Below are positions 38,681 to 51,544 of a DNA stretch of 64,000 nt, in pieces. Origin of the DNA: Prorocentrum cordatum (Eukaryota). A program made the translations under genes and the position numbers. Numbering within the stretch: the first letter of the stretch is position 1; each line of letters begins with the position of its first letter. The stretch spans positions 1 to 64,000 of the forward strand of contig CAUYUJ010000101.1 in the NCBI GenBank assembly GCA_963575745.1, written 5' to 3'. The notes under the pieces are model-generated. The model saw only the letters and a list, made by a program, of their open reading frames with translations, was not told the DNA's origin and ran no database searches.

Positions 38681-40264
38681 CATTTTACCCGAACGCGTGG
38701 TGTTCTCCCCAGTGCCAGGGTTTTCATACGACACCAGGCAATACCCCCACTTCGTGGGGGGGCATTACAAGCTCTACCAAATATCCAAACGACTCTTCGC
38801 GACCACCCAAACCCAGCTTCCCGCCCTATGACGTTGGGACACTTCACTTCGTGGCGTGCGGACGACCGTGGCTACTACACTGGCGTGGGGTACACACCCA
38901 CAGAACTTGGTCACTTATTCGGGGCGCGCATGTGCCCAGCATGGTGCAATTGTGCCATACAATACATAATACAGAGAGACAGAGAGAGAGACAGAGAGCA
39001 GACAGAGAGAGAGACAGAGAGAGCGGAGTTGGTCACATTTTTGGGTCAAGTTCCTGGGACAGCGCGCGCGGGTGGAAATTTTGAAAAGTCGTGCAGGTGT
39101 TTTTCGAGGACCTACGGTGCGATTCGTGTGATTTTATGATGCGCGGTGCTAAAATTCTTAAGAACCCAATGGTTTTTGGAGATTTCGGCGTGCGCGCGCA
39201 AAAAACGAATGTGTCCCGCATGGTATTATTTGACAGGGATGATGGCCCTGGCAGGTGCGCAACCGTTGTCGCAGAAGTTCGAAAAAGTTGCTCGCAAAAG
39301 CCCGTTTGACAGAAATGTTTAAAAAGTGTTGGGTTTCCTACGAATCCGCAAGAGCGCGCGGGATGAGATTTTGACATTTGTTTTGTTGAAAAACCATTGG
39401 TTTTTTGATGTTTTTATGTTGAAATCGCTCCGAACACTAAGCTTTTGGAAGGATTTCGTCTTGCGCGCGCGAATGTCCACTTTACCTTATTTTTTGCAAG
39501 GGATTCTTGAAATTTGATTATATTAGAACAAGAAATGTCATTTTATAATGTTTTTTGCAAGGGAAAACGGATTACAACAAAACAACCGGATCTTGATCAC
39601 CTCGAATTACCTGAGGCTTCCTCACGAAAATGATGAAAACGTGGCTGCGGCCTAGGCGCGGCGGGGGGGGCGCGCACCAGGGGGCCCAACAATAATTATT
39701 CTTTAGAATTAATAATGTTCAACAACAACAACAACAATAACAACAACAGCAGCAGCAGCAGCAGCAAGAACAACAACAACAACAACAACAACAACAAAAA
39801 CAAAAACAAAAACAGGACAGAGGTTATTCATCGTTGTCGACCCCTGGGGGCCCTCGCCAGGCCCCGGGCCCGTCAACAAAAGGACAAGGGGTCGGGACCT
39901 CCAGGGACCGAGCATCGAAACAAATCAGGTCATCGCATGGCTGGGGTTTCCCAGAGATTCGATGTCGTGATGTTTTCAGTACGGGGTCCCCGGAAGCCTC
40001 GACCCCTTCCCGGGCACCAGCTTCTCATCCCGAGTCGTTTTTGTTAGCGGTCTCTGAGTCCGACGAGGGACCCCAGAGGCCGAGAACAGTGCAAAAGCAC
40101 CGCGCCGATCTTTGCAATACGTGGGAGGTCTGGATTTTCTTCCCCAGACCCCCGACGTCTTGATTTGTTCATAACGCGTCTGATTTGGACGCCCGAATTG
40201 GGCACAGAACAAACACAATACCCAACAACAGATGTTGCCCAACACCGAGAGCGGCCGCAGTAAG

Positions 40265-40582
40265 GCTTGGTTCGCCTTAAAAGCGCCCTGGACGTTTTGT
40301 TGCGGGGTTTCTACGTTGGTCTCTTGACAGGCTGAAAATGCTTAAAACAACGTTACGTTGGTTTAGCGTTTTTGAAGCCGTTTGTTTGGCGTTGTTTTGG
40401 CGTTTCTGGTGGCGTCTTCAGGATACGCTAAACATGTCTGAAAACGCTAGAACAAAGCATCATGGTTTAGCGTTTCTTTGATTCTCTTGTTGAGACCTGA
40501 AAACGCTTTTAAAAAATGGTGTTCCAAGACGCCGAGCTGAAAACTTTAAAAACGCCCTGGGCAGACTTAAGGCGAACCAAGC
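40265..40582. mobile_element. MITE-like element with 16-bp perfect (longer imperfect) TIRs
   Basis: GCTTGGTTCGCCTTAA at 40265-40280 and its reverse complement at 40567-40582; AT-richer non-coding interior; TSD not clear. Confidence 0.7.
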
Positions 40583-40627
40583 AGTTGGGCAGGCGGCCTT
40601 CTGTCTCAAATGGACAGCGACCGCAGC

Positions 40628-40772
40628 CTCGCCGACAACGAACTCTGTTCATAATGAACGAGAGCTGCTGTTGGACTTTGTACACATTGCTTCCGTACAC
40701 GTCGGTCGCAAGAAGTGGGTAGAAGCATGAAGTAGGAAGGCGCTGAAAGTAGATTGGACTCCCGCCCGCACC
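40628..40772 (-). CDS. Candidate internal exon of an unidentified host gene
   Basis: Pyrimidine tract + CAG acceptor (CCTTCTCCTTCCTCTTCAG|GGT), open unique sequence GAGGSPIYFQRLPTSCFYPLLATDVYGSNVYKVQQQLSFIMNRVRCRR, and a possible AG|GC donor. Confidence 0.4.
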
Positions 40773-41371
40773 CTGAAGAGGAAGGAGAAGGGAAAACCAC
40801 TCGACCCTTGAAGTAGCAAGGCGGCTAAAATGGACTGGGCCTTGGGCATCCACAAATACCTACATTCAACGACCGGCGTGTACCGACCCAGACCCCCTAC
40901 GTCATGATCTGCACATGACGTCGACCACCAAAAGTCTCGACCTATTCCCCAGGACTTGTTTTCCATCCCAAGTCGTTTTCTGACGGTCCCGAGGGGGCCC
41001 CCAGGGGCCGAAAATAGTGCGACAAACCTCCCGCCCTGATTTTTTCATGACCCGCGGAGGTCTGGGGATTTCGATCGGTTTCTCGTCCAGGATCCAGTTT
41101 TTGATGGCCCCCCCGGGCCCGAGAACGGGGCACCGAGGCCGACATCCAGGAACAACCGCCAGACTGAAAAAATCATGCCCTCGGATAGCTGTCGAAATAC
41201 ATGCAGAGCGGCTTTGCCCACCCCCTCGCAGCCGCTCCCGCTGGAACCGCTGATGTGAGGACAGTCCTCCCGACCGCAGGAGAGGGTGGACCGAGGTGCT
41301 CTGTCCGAACTGCCTCCAGCGAATGATTTGCTCTTGCCGGCCTGGTGCTCCATCTGGGTTCGATCTTCCCG

Positions 41372-41555
41372 ATCCCCAGACCCCCGACGTCATGAACTCT
41401 TCATGACGGCCACTTCCAGCGGTCTCGACCCATTCCCCGGGACCGGTCTGTCGTCCTGAGTAGTTTTTTCACGGTCCCGAGGGCCGGTAAGGGCCCCTGG
41501 GGGCCGAAAATGGCGAAAAACCTCCCGTCGCGACTTCTCATGCCCCGAGGGGGTC
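41372..41555. repeat. Dispersed repeat family B (representative copy)
   Basis: CCCAGACCCCCGACGTCATGAA..TCATGACG...GGACCGG...ACGGTCCCGAGGG...GGCCGAAAAT. Related copies in either orientation near 25195, 26095, 30850, 38148, 39835, 40885, 42060, 43365, 44250 and 58355. Confidence 0.85.
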
Positions 41556-41775
41556 CCGAGCTGACGCGCGGAGGTCCTCGCGCCCGCGCGGGCCTGGCGC
41601 CCCACGGCGGCGACGCCGCGCGCGGGGCCGCCCACGCCGCGGGCGCGGCGCCGTGCGCGCGGGCGGCCTCTGCGCGGAGGGGGGGCCGGCCGCCGCCGCC
41701 CGCGGAGGGCCCGCGAAGGGCCCGCGGAGGGCCCACTGGAGGGCCCATTGGAGGGCCCGCGGAGGGCCCGCGGAG

Positions 41776-42045
41776 GTCGGTGATTCAGAGATGGGGTCCT
41801 GAAGGGTCGTCCTCCTCCTCCTCCTCCTCCTCCTCCTCCTCCTCCTCCTCCTCCTCCTCCTCCTCCTCCTCCTCCTCCTCCTCCTCCTCCTCCTCCTCCT
41901 CCTCCTCCTCCTCCTCCTCCTCCTCCTCCTCCTCCTCCTCGTGGGATCCTCGGGGCGAGGTGCCTCGGATAGTGCAGATTCACCCTCGCGTCCCTTCCTA
42001 TCCTCAGGGCCCCATCCCTCAGGACCCCATCTTTGAACCACCGAC
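41776..42045. mobile_element. MITE-like element with ~30-bp TIRs and 4-bp TSD (GGAG), containing a (CTC)n tract
   Basis: Left end GTCGGTGATTCAGAGATGGGGTCCTGAAGGG; reverse complement of right end GTCGGTGGTTCAAAGATGGGGTCCTGAGGG. GGAG at 41772-41775 and 42046-42049. Confidence 0.8.
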
Positions 42046-45000
42046 GGAGGGGGCCTTCCCCAGACCCCTGCGGGTCACGCAACAAAAATCACGACGGGCA
42101 GCTCTGGCGCAAAAAAAATCGGCCTCTGGAGGGCCCTCACCCGCCCTCGCGGCCGTCAGAAAACGGCTCGAAACGAAGAACCGGTCCCAGAGGATGGGTC
42201 CAGACCGCTGGGGGCCGACGCCATGAAAAAGCCTTAGGTCGGGCTTGTACCCCTACAGGGGGATTCTGGACGAAAAATACCTCCAACAAATATTCAAAAG
42301 ATGCCCAAAAATATTCACAAAAAAAGTCCCCAGATTATGCTTTAACTATTTCTGAACATTCCCCCTGTGGAGGGACAGGCCCGACGTCAAAAAAGTCAGG
42401 GCGTCGGGGGTCCGAGGAGGGCCCGCGGAGGGCGTCCCCAGAGCGGCGGCGAGCGGCGCGGGGGGCCAGGCGCTCCCCCCGGGCAGCTTCGCTCCGCAGG
42501 CCCGAGAAGGCGGCACAGGCCCGCACCGCGTCGACGCCCCGGCGGCCCCACGCGCGCGCCCAGAACCATCACCACGAACACCCCCCTGAGGAGGCAACGC
42601 AGGAGTTCTTCTTTGAGCTTTCGCTTTTTCCTCGGAAGGCGTTTTGTGGAGGGGAACTGGGACACACACACACACACACATAGAGAGAGACACAACTAAC
42701 AGAATTCCCCATATGCTCCTACATTTTCTGGGTTTGCGTCTTCCCCCCCACTTCCCATATTTTCCCATATTTTCTGGGGAATCGACGATTAATTATGTCT
42801 GTGTTTTGTCCCCTCCTGATTTTGAGGCGCCCGCGCCGCCTGATTGGCGCGGCCTGGCGAGCTGTCGCGCCGACCTGGCCACTGCCATCTCCCTGCGCCG
42901 ACGGCCCAGATGCAAAGACTTCGACACCGTCTGATTCCATTAGGTTTGTGGATGCCACGACAATGAACACTCTAACAATCCTATCATTGAACCAAAGATG
43001 TGTTTAAAATGTGTAAGACATGTTCTAAAAATGTGTCAAATATGCTTTTTACCTACTTAAACATAATTGTAACATCCTTTAGACATCTGGGAATTATTTG
43101 GCAGCATGTTCCCTCTCCATTAATCGACTTCCACAAAATCAGGTGGTATCGAACGGTCTGCGCCATCAGGCGCCGGCGGCGAGCGAGGGGGGCAAGCGAA
43201 AGGGGGCGGGCCTTCTCGGAAGGCTCGGAAGTCCCACGGCCTTCCTTCCCCGAGGGCACAGAGCACTTCCCGGAAGGCCGGGGGGCTTCTGAGAAGCACC
43301 GCCGCAGTCTGAGAAGGCCTTATCCTTCTCATTTCCCCCTCTCGCTCGCCGCCGGCCAGACCCCCGCGAGTCATAACCAAAAATCTCGACGGGAGTTTTT
43401 TCGCCATTCCCGAGCGCCTGTAATCCGCTCGCCACGGGGCCCTTACCGGCGCTCGGGACCGCCAAGCAACGACTCGAGGTGAAAAACGGGCCCCAGGGAA
43501 TGAGCCCAGACCCCCGACGTCATGAATTCTTCGTGACCTGGACCCCCAGCGGGCAGGACCTGTTCCCCAGGACCGGCTTGTCGTCCCGAGCCTTCCTTTT
43601 TGACGGTCCCGAGGGCCAGTGAGGGCCCCCCAGAGGCCGAAAATGGCCAAGAACTCCTCGTCGCGATTGTTGCCTCACCCGGGGGGGGGTCTGGGTCGGG
43701 GAGTGCGTCGAGACTCCTGGGGGGCCCACGTCGCGAATAACTCGGGGCGTCGGGGGTCCGAGTTTGCGCTATAGGCCCCGCCGCCTGGCACGCTCCTCGA
43801 CACACGCTGGCGCCCTTCGGCGCCGGGCGGCGCCATGGAGGAACCAGCTGCGGGAGCTGTTTCGCGGACCTCCCGGGGCGCCGTCGCTGTCTTACTCAAT
43901 GTCTGGCCGATCGGCGCGGGCCCGCGCACCCGCTTTTTCCCCCCCCAAAGGAGCAGGCCTTGGCTATTTTTCTGCTGGCGCCTGTTTTTCAAGCAGGTGG
44001 AGTCTCCCCCTATGGGGCGCACTGCTGCAAAGCGTCGCACGAAGCAGAGGTCCGGAGCCAGACCCCCCCCCTCCCCCGCCTCTCTTTGGCCGTCTTGGGG
44101 CGATCTTGTCGGCTCCTGCGGCCGTCTTCGACGCGGCCGACGCCGAAACGGTGAACATCGTGAAAATGTATGGAATGGGGCCATTTTTGCTTCTTGAGGC
44201 GCTCTTGGGAGTCCTCTTGGGGGACTCTTGAGCCGTCGTGGGGGCTCCTGGAGGCCCTCCGCCCAATGTCGAAACGCCAAAGCCTCGGGAGTCAGAAAAC
44301 GACTCGGGATGAAAAACCGGTCCCAGGGAATGGGTCCTGCCCGCTGGGGGTCCACGTCATGGAAGATCATGACGTCGAGGGCCTGCGGAAAGCCTGCGGA
44401 GGGCCTTCGAATGGCCTCGGACCCTGAAATCTGGGCGTCACAGATCGGTCCGGCTCGAAAAATTGCGCGGAAGGGTGAGGTCCAGGGCTCGGATCGCGGT
44501 TTTTCGCGAGGTTGCCAGTTTTGTCGCCACGTCGGATCTCAGGGTCGGAGGGCCTCGAGGGTGCGCGGGCAGAGAAAGAGGAGGAGGAGGAGGGAGGAGG
44601 AGGAGGAGGAGGAGGAGGAGGAGGAGGAGGGGAGGAGGAGGAGGAGGAGGAGGAGGAGGAGGGAGAGGAGGAGGAGGAGAAGGAGGAGGGAGGAGGAGGA
44701 GGACGAGGAGGAGGAGGAGGAGGAGGAGGAGAGGAGGAGAGGGGGAGGGGGAGGAGGAGAGGAGGAGAGGAGGAGGAGGAGGGGGGGGGGGAGAAGGAGG
44801 AGAAGGAGGAGGTGATGTCGTGAGTGCAATCGGGTTGTTCCCTCGACTGGCCGAGCCGATCCGCCTGGATCTCCTCCCATCCCCCTCCCCTCTCCTTATC
44901 TCCTCCTTCTCCCCCTCCTCCTCCTTCCCCTCCGCCTCCCCCTCCTCCTCCTCCTCCTCCTCGTCCTCCCCCTCCTGCAGCTGTTCCTCACACCTCTGTT

Positions 45001-46740
45001 TCATCTTCATCCTCTCCCCATCCTCCTCCTCTCCCCATCCTCCTCCACCTCCTCCACATCATTCCCCATCTCCTGGTCCTCCTACTGGTCCTCGATCCCT
45101 CTTCCTTACAGGTCCACCAGCGTGCCTCGTGGACGTTGGGGGAAGTTTCGTGAGCGCTTTCTGAGGCCGACCCCATCCCTTCCTCGCACGCGTCTTCTGA
45201 AAATCGCCCCCCGTCTCTGGAGCAGATGCTCTGCCATTGACCATGTGAAATTGCATGTCGAGGGCCCCAGCTTGTACCTTTTCTCCTAGGGTAGCCTCCC
45301 CCCCGTGCTGCGGCCCACGCCTACGCACCGGCTGATCGGCACAACTGCGTGGAGAAGCTTCTCTGTCCCAGAGGGACCCCCCGAAACAAACAGGTGCCGG
45401 TCAGGCAGGCCTGGAGCTTCGCCCGGGACCTCGTCCCCGCCAGCGAGCCCGACGCCAGAAAGTTCCAGCAGCTACACGGATGGAGGTGGGTCGGTTTCAG
45501 CATGCACCCTGCGAAATGCTTAAGAAATCATGGGTTAAGAAATTCATGGTCTCGGAACTTGAACAAAAACCCAACTTTTCTATTAAAATCTTAAGATTTA
45601 CATTGAAACGTTAAGAATAATCGAGACTCTGGCCGAAAACTTAAGTTTTCTAAAGCATCGCCTAAAGTGTGTGGCTCTCGCCGCAGACGCACGCGCAGTC
45701 GTGCGAAAAAAAACCGGAAGCTACACGGGTGGAGAGGGGGCGGGGGTCAACATGTGGCCATCGCTCGAACGCCCGCGCACCTTCGTCTTCAAAGCTTACC
45801 ACATCCAGGTGGGCATGTGGCTCTCGCCTTATCGCCGCGCGCATTCGTCTCAAGAGCGTCCCAGAATTACACCGATAGAGGGGGGGCGTTATCGAAATCT
45901 GGCTGTCGGCATAGCGCCGCGCACGTTCGTCTCACAAGTTCCCAACAGCTACATGGAAGGAGGCCGGCGAAGCTTCAGACTGTGGCTTTCGCCGCCGCGC
46001 CGCGCACATGGGCCCTGAAGACATTCGGCGGTCACGCGGGTGGGGGCGTTTGCAAGGTGCGGTCATCGCCTTAGCGCCGCGCATATTCGACATAGTTTTT
46101 CTGTTAGCAGCCGAAGGCGAGCGCGCCCACGGCGAGTGAGGTCCGAGCGGGCCGCGCGTGCGCCCGATTACCTAGCAAGGGGCAGCATATTCGACATACA
46201 CCCTGCGAAATGCTTGAGAAGTCATGGGTTAAGAAATTCATAGCCTCAGAACTTGAATGAGAACCCAACATTCCCATTCAAACCTCAGGATCTGCATTGA
46301 AACGCCAAGAGAGTAATCGAGACTCTCTGGCCGAAAACTCAAGTTTTCTGAAGCATCGCCTGAGGTGTAGAGGCCCCCACCAACCACACGGACGGGGGGC
46401 GTGTCCGCTCCAGTCCGCTCGAGACCTCCCCCCCCTCGTTGAGCCGCAGGCGGCTCCACCGGGGGGAGGGGCCGGCGCCATTCTCTCAGGGCGGGGGCGC
46501 TCGCGCGCCCGAGGCTGCCGTGAGAGCTCTCGTTTTTGTTGTAGGCCAGGGCTGTGTTTTTTTTTTGAAGGGGCCCCAGGACACACAAATAAATACACAC
46601 AAATAAAAAGATTCCCCATATTTTCCCATATTTTCTGGGTTTCTGTCTTCCCCCCCACTTCCCAAATTTTCCCATATTTTCTGGGGAATCGAGGATTAAT
46701 TGTGTCTGTGTGTTTCTTTTCCTCCTGATTTTTATCGGAG

Positions 46741-46957
46741 AAGCACGCGGGGACCGAGGGCGGGTCCTGTCCAACGAAGGGCTCTCGCTGCACGCTCGAT
46801 CGCGGTTCACGACGGAGCACGCGGGGACCGAGGGCGGGTCCTGTCCAACGAAGGGCTCTCGCTGCACACTCGATCGCGGTTTGCGACGAGGCACGCGGGG
46901 ACCGAGGACGGGTCCTGTCCAACGAAGGGCTCTCGCTGCACACTCGGTCGCGGTTTA
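46741..46957. repeat. Three tandem ~75-bp repeats
   Basis: GCACGCGGGGACCGAGGRCGGGTCCTGTCCAACGAAGGGCTCTCGCTGCAC.CTCG.TCGCGGTT x3. Confidence 0.92.
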
Positions 46958-47426
46958 CGACGCCCCTCGCCGCCGTCCTTACGGAAGTACTGCTTACTTT
47001 TTAAACCACTTGTCGTTAGTGTAAGAAGAAGAAGAAGAAGAAGAAGAACAGTTCTTATAATTACAAAAGGCTCTGCCTGAATTGCAAGGCCATGGGGCGT
47101 TCGTCTGTCGAGGAGGCAGCACTTCCCGCAGTGGAGCAGCATCCCCGCAGGGGCTTACATGGGCTGGGAGACGTGGGACGGGTGGGCGCATTGCAGCAGC
47201 GTTGATGCACCTTGAGTTGACTCTGGTCCACCTCCTCTTCCACCTCCTCCTCCTCCTCCTCCTCCTCCTCCTGACCATAGTTTTCGTCCTTGGCACCATG
47301 TTCGACATCAACAACATCGTCGTCATCAGAATCCTCCTCCTCACCGTCATCCTCCTCCTCATCCTCCTCGGCAGCAGCAGCATTATCGGCATCGCCATCA
47401 GCATCACCATCACCATCATCGTCATG

Positions 47427-47480
<54 letters not shown>

Positions 47481-47594
47481 AGCAGCATCAGCATCAGCAT
47501 CAGCATCAGCATCAACATCATCATCATCATCATCAGTAGCAGCAGCATCCTTATCCTCATCTCCATCACCATCACCATCATCATCATCACCATC

Positions 47595-47628
<34 letters not shown>

Positions 47629-47894
47629 TCAACACCACTATTATGATCATCACCACTATCACCATCACCATCATCATCATTCACAATCGCCGTCACCATC
47701 CTCATCATCTGCATCACTAACATAAACAACGTATACATCTCCCCTGCTCCTCCTGCTACTGCTCTCCCCTACCGTCCTCCTCCCCTTTCCTCCGACGGCG
47801 GCGCCCATCATCACGACAACGACCACGGCGACCACAGCGACCACGACCACCACCGAGGTCACGCCCACGACCACCTCTGACAATGGGCCAACGA

Positions 47895-47949
<55 letters not shown>

Positions 47950-49266
47950 CACGACCACGACCACGACCACGACGACCACAGCGACCACCACCACGACCAC
48001 GACTATCACCGCAATCATGCCCACGGCGACGACGACCACCACCACCGCCACCACAAGAGTGATGTTTTATCCTCTGACACGTAACGGTCTTGACGCGGAC
48101 CAACCCCTCCCCCACCCCCTGGACACCCCCTGGTCCAGGTCCCCACCTGAGGAGACGGGGACCTGGACCACCACCCCCCACATGCTGGTCCTGGCGCGCA
48201 AACGACGGCGATCGCAGCGCACCCGCGCCCCGACGGGCCCCACCCCGCCCCGCCCGAGCGCTACCGTCAGCCGGGGCCCCAACACCCCTCCCCCGCGGGA
48301 AACGACCGTTGCCCGAAACAGAAACAACAAGAGAAACTCCACGGCGGCGGCGGCGACGATGACGACGGCGGCGGGCCATAGCGACGACGTTGACGGACGG
48401 TGACGACCTGCCGCTGCCGCTGCCGCCGCGCACGCCTCCGCCCTCCGAGCCGCCGCCGCACGCCGCCGCGCCCGCCGCCGCGCCGCTGCCGCCGCGAGGC
48501 CCACCGCCCCCCGCCGTGCCGAGGCGCCTCGGCGAGCGCCGCCGACTGCCGCGCGTGCCGCTCGAGGACCTGCGGCCCGGGCGCGCCCACGGCGGCCCCC
48601 ACGGCGGCGCCCACGGCGGCGCCCTCGGCGGCCCCCTCGGCGGCCCCTGCGGCGGCGCCCTCGGCGGCCCCCACGGCGGCCCCCACGGCGGCCCCCACGG
48701 CGGGCAGACGCGGGCTCTCGCTCGGATTCTGGGCAGCCGCGCGAGCCGCTCCGCTCCTCCGGGCCTTCCTCCCTTCTGTCCCTGCTCTTGCTCCGTCCTC
48801 GTGCCTGTCCACCTGCTCCTCCTGCTGCCGATGATCCCCAGGACGTGTGTGCGCGTGTGCTGGCGCCAAGGCGTGCTTCTCCACCGAAGCACTTCGACAC
48901 GGCGCATGCGGTGTAGAGCGAGGGCCTAGACAGGCTGCGTGCTATGGCTGGGGACCGAGCGGAGAAGCACGCACGCTGGGCCAAGACGCATCCTGAGAAT
49001 GATCGATGCCGTGCTGGCGAGGTGGGGGCGCCTGCTCCTGGTCCTCCCCCTCCTCGTCTCGCTACTGTCCCTGCTCCTGGGCGTCTCTGTGGCCGCTTTC
49101 TGGCCGTCGGGGGGGGAGGGGGGAAGGGCCCGGGGGCGCCCCCAGAGACCTCCCCTCGAGCCTTCCAGGAGGCCTCCGAACACCGCAGGAGATCGCTCGC
49201 ACGCGGCGGGTGCTGCTTCGCCGAGTGGGCCTCTGAGGGCCGATCTCAGCGACGATCGGCGAAACA

Positions 49267-49302
<36 letters not shown>

Positions 49303-49344
49303 CGACGACGACGCCGACGAGAGGAGGAGGAGGAGGAAGAAGAG

Positions 49345-49413
<69 letters not shown>

Positions 49414-49989
49414 GGACCGCCCGACCGACCGACCGATCCCCAGACCTCTTCTGGCGCTCGCTCTGGCCGGAACTTCGAGGCGAACCCAGCCGCGACCACG
49501 AGTGCATCCCCCGAGTCTCGAAAAGCCGAGTCTCGAAAAGCCTGCATGAGAATAATGTCCGGAGGCCAGGTGAGCGTTTTCTTATTCGGCGTTTCGACAT
49601 TGGGCAAAAGGGGGGGAGGGGGAGGAATCTGGCTCCTCTAGACCTCTGCTTAGTGCGACTGTTTGCAACAGTGGGTCCTATGAGGGGAGACTCCACCTGC
49701 TCGAAACGGGCGCCCAAAACGGCCCAAGATCTACTCCAAAACAATGAATAAAAAAACGATCACAGGCCAGTGCGGAATTTCTTGCATCCGCGCCCGAGGA
49801 ACCCCTCTCTGACGGGCAAAGGGTGCCAGCCAGGGGCGGCGCCCGGGGCGCCGCCAGGGGGGGGGGGGCCCAGAGCCGACCCCAGAAATCCGCGCGCAGC
49901 TCCGCATGTTCATGCCTAGGCCGTTTCACTTCCTCGAACCATGAGCCTCAAACGCCGATCGATCGATCGATCCTCCATCGATCGACGGC

Positions 49990-50047
<58 letters not shown>

Positions 50048-50879
50048 GCAGCAGCAGCATAGCGAGGAGCCACTGACGCGCGGGCGGGGTGGCCTCGAGC
50101 AAGGCCGGGCCGCCGCCGCGAGCCGGGCCTCGCGGGGGGGAAGGAGGAGGAGGAGGAGGAGGAGGAGGAGGAGGAAAGGAGGAGGAGGAGGAGGAGGAGG
50201 AGGAGCACCAGGAGGAGGAGGAGGAGGAGGAGGAGGAGGAGGAGACGGAGGAGGAGGAGGAAGGAGGGAGCGAGGGAGGGAGGGAGGGAGGAAGGAGGAG
50301 GGAGGAGGGAGGAGGGAGGAGGGAGGAGGGAGGAGGAAGGATGGAGGAGGAAGGAGGGAGGGACCGTTGTGTTGGACCGCAGTGGTGGGGGGCTTCGGGG
50401 GAAGCAATGGAAGAGGGTAGGCAGTGGGGGGGCAAGAGGGGGGAACGAGAGAGGGGGTGGAAGGGCGACGGGCGCCTTCGGGGCCGTCTTGGGGCAAGTT
50501 TCAAAGGTAATAGGACTGTCCTGGGCGTTGTTCATACGAGAAACGCGAGGATCCTGACACTGCACATTTTCCGAAAGGATTAGGACGAAGTTTGCTTCTT
50601 GGGGTCCTCTTGGAAGCCTTCATCGAGGCCTGTGGGGGCCGTCTTGAGAGCGTCTTGGGCGGCCTTGGAGCCCTCCCGAGCGTCTGGAAGCCTTCTTGGG
50701 GCCGCCTGAGGCCTTCGTGAGGTCACGGTACGCCGTCTCGGGGTAACCCTGCGGCCCTCCGGAGGCGTCCTTGTGCGTCCTGGGGGCCGCCCGGGAGCGC
50801 GCCCGGGCCGGCTGGCACGATCTTGAGCCATTGAGTCCCCCGCCCTTCCCGCACGCGGCGCCGCCAGCGCTGAAGTGTA

Positions 50880-50974
50880 AATGACGCCGGGTTCCAGCTT
50901 CGCCTCCCGCATCTCGCTCAGCAGCGCTGGGCCCGCTGCCACTGCTCGCCCTTCTCGCACGCGCTGATCCCAGC
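50880..50974 (-). pseudogene. Single frameshifted PPR (pentatricopeptide) motif fragment
   Basis: AGISACEKGEQWQRA is in one frame and ALLSEMREAKLEPGVI in another. Together they match the PPR pattern (y.a.isac.k.g.w..Al.ll.eM....l.Pdvi). Confidence 0.75.
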
Positions 50975-51544
50975 AGTCAGCTGGCCAGGGCGGCTAACCC
51001 ACGGCCTTCTGGCCGCGGAGTCTGCCCGCCATGGTGCGGACGTGGAAGTGGAGCGTCTCCGGGGCCTCGCGGGGAGGGCCCTCTTGGGGCTGTCTTGGGG
51101 ACCACCAGGGGCTCTGCGAGGCTGTCTTGGGCTTCTCCTGGGCAGTCTTCGAGCCCTCTGGGGCCGTCTAGGGCACTTGGCGGGTACTGCTCCCCCGGCC
51201 TTTCCAGGGAGCCTCCACAGCACTCCAGGAGGGCCCAAGACGCCGCCCAGGAGCCCCCAGAAGGCGAAAGGATTGCGACGCTCCCAAGAAGCCCAAGTCA
51301 GCCTTCCGACGGCTCTCGAAGCTCCCAGGTGGCCTCCAAGAGACCCCAAGAGAGGTCCGAGAGGCGTCCCGGGACGGCCCGAAGAGGCCATAATCGTCGA
51401 TTGTTTGTTAAAACTGTTTTTTGGCTTCTCGCGTTTTCGAGCTTCCAACGCTCCAAGAACGCCGAAGAGCCGCCCAAGACCGCCCCAAGACCACCCAAGA
51501 GACCCTCAGGACGGCCCCGAGACGGGCCAAGGGGGCTCCAGGAC

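Noticed and set aside
50822..50830. Partial SL-like matches (CTTGAGCCA here, CTTGAGCC near 44227)
   Set aside because: Only 8-9 nt, within repeats, and expected by chance.
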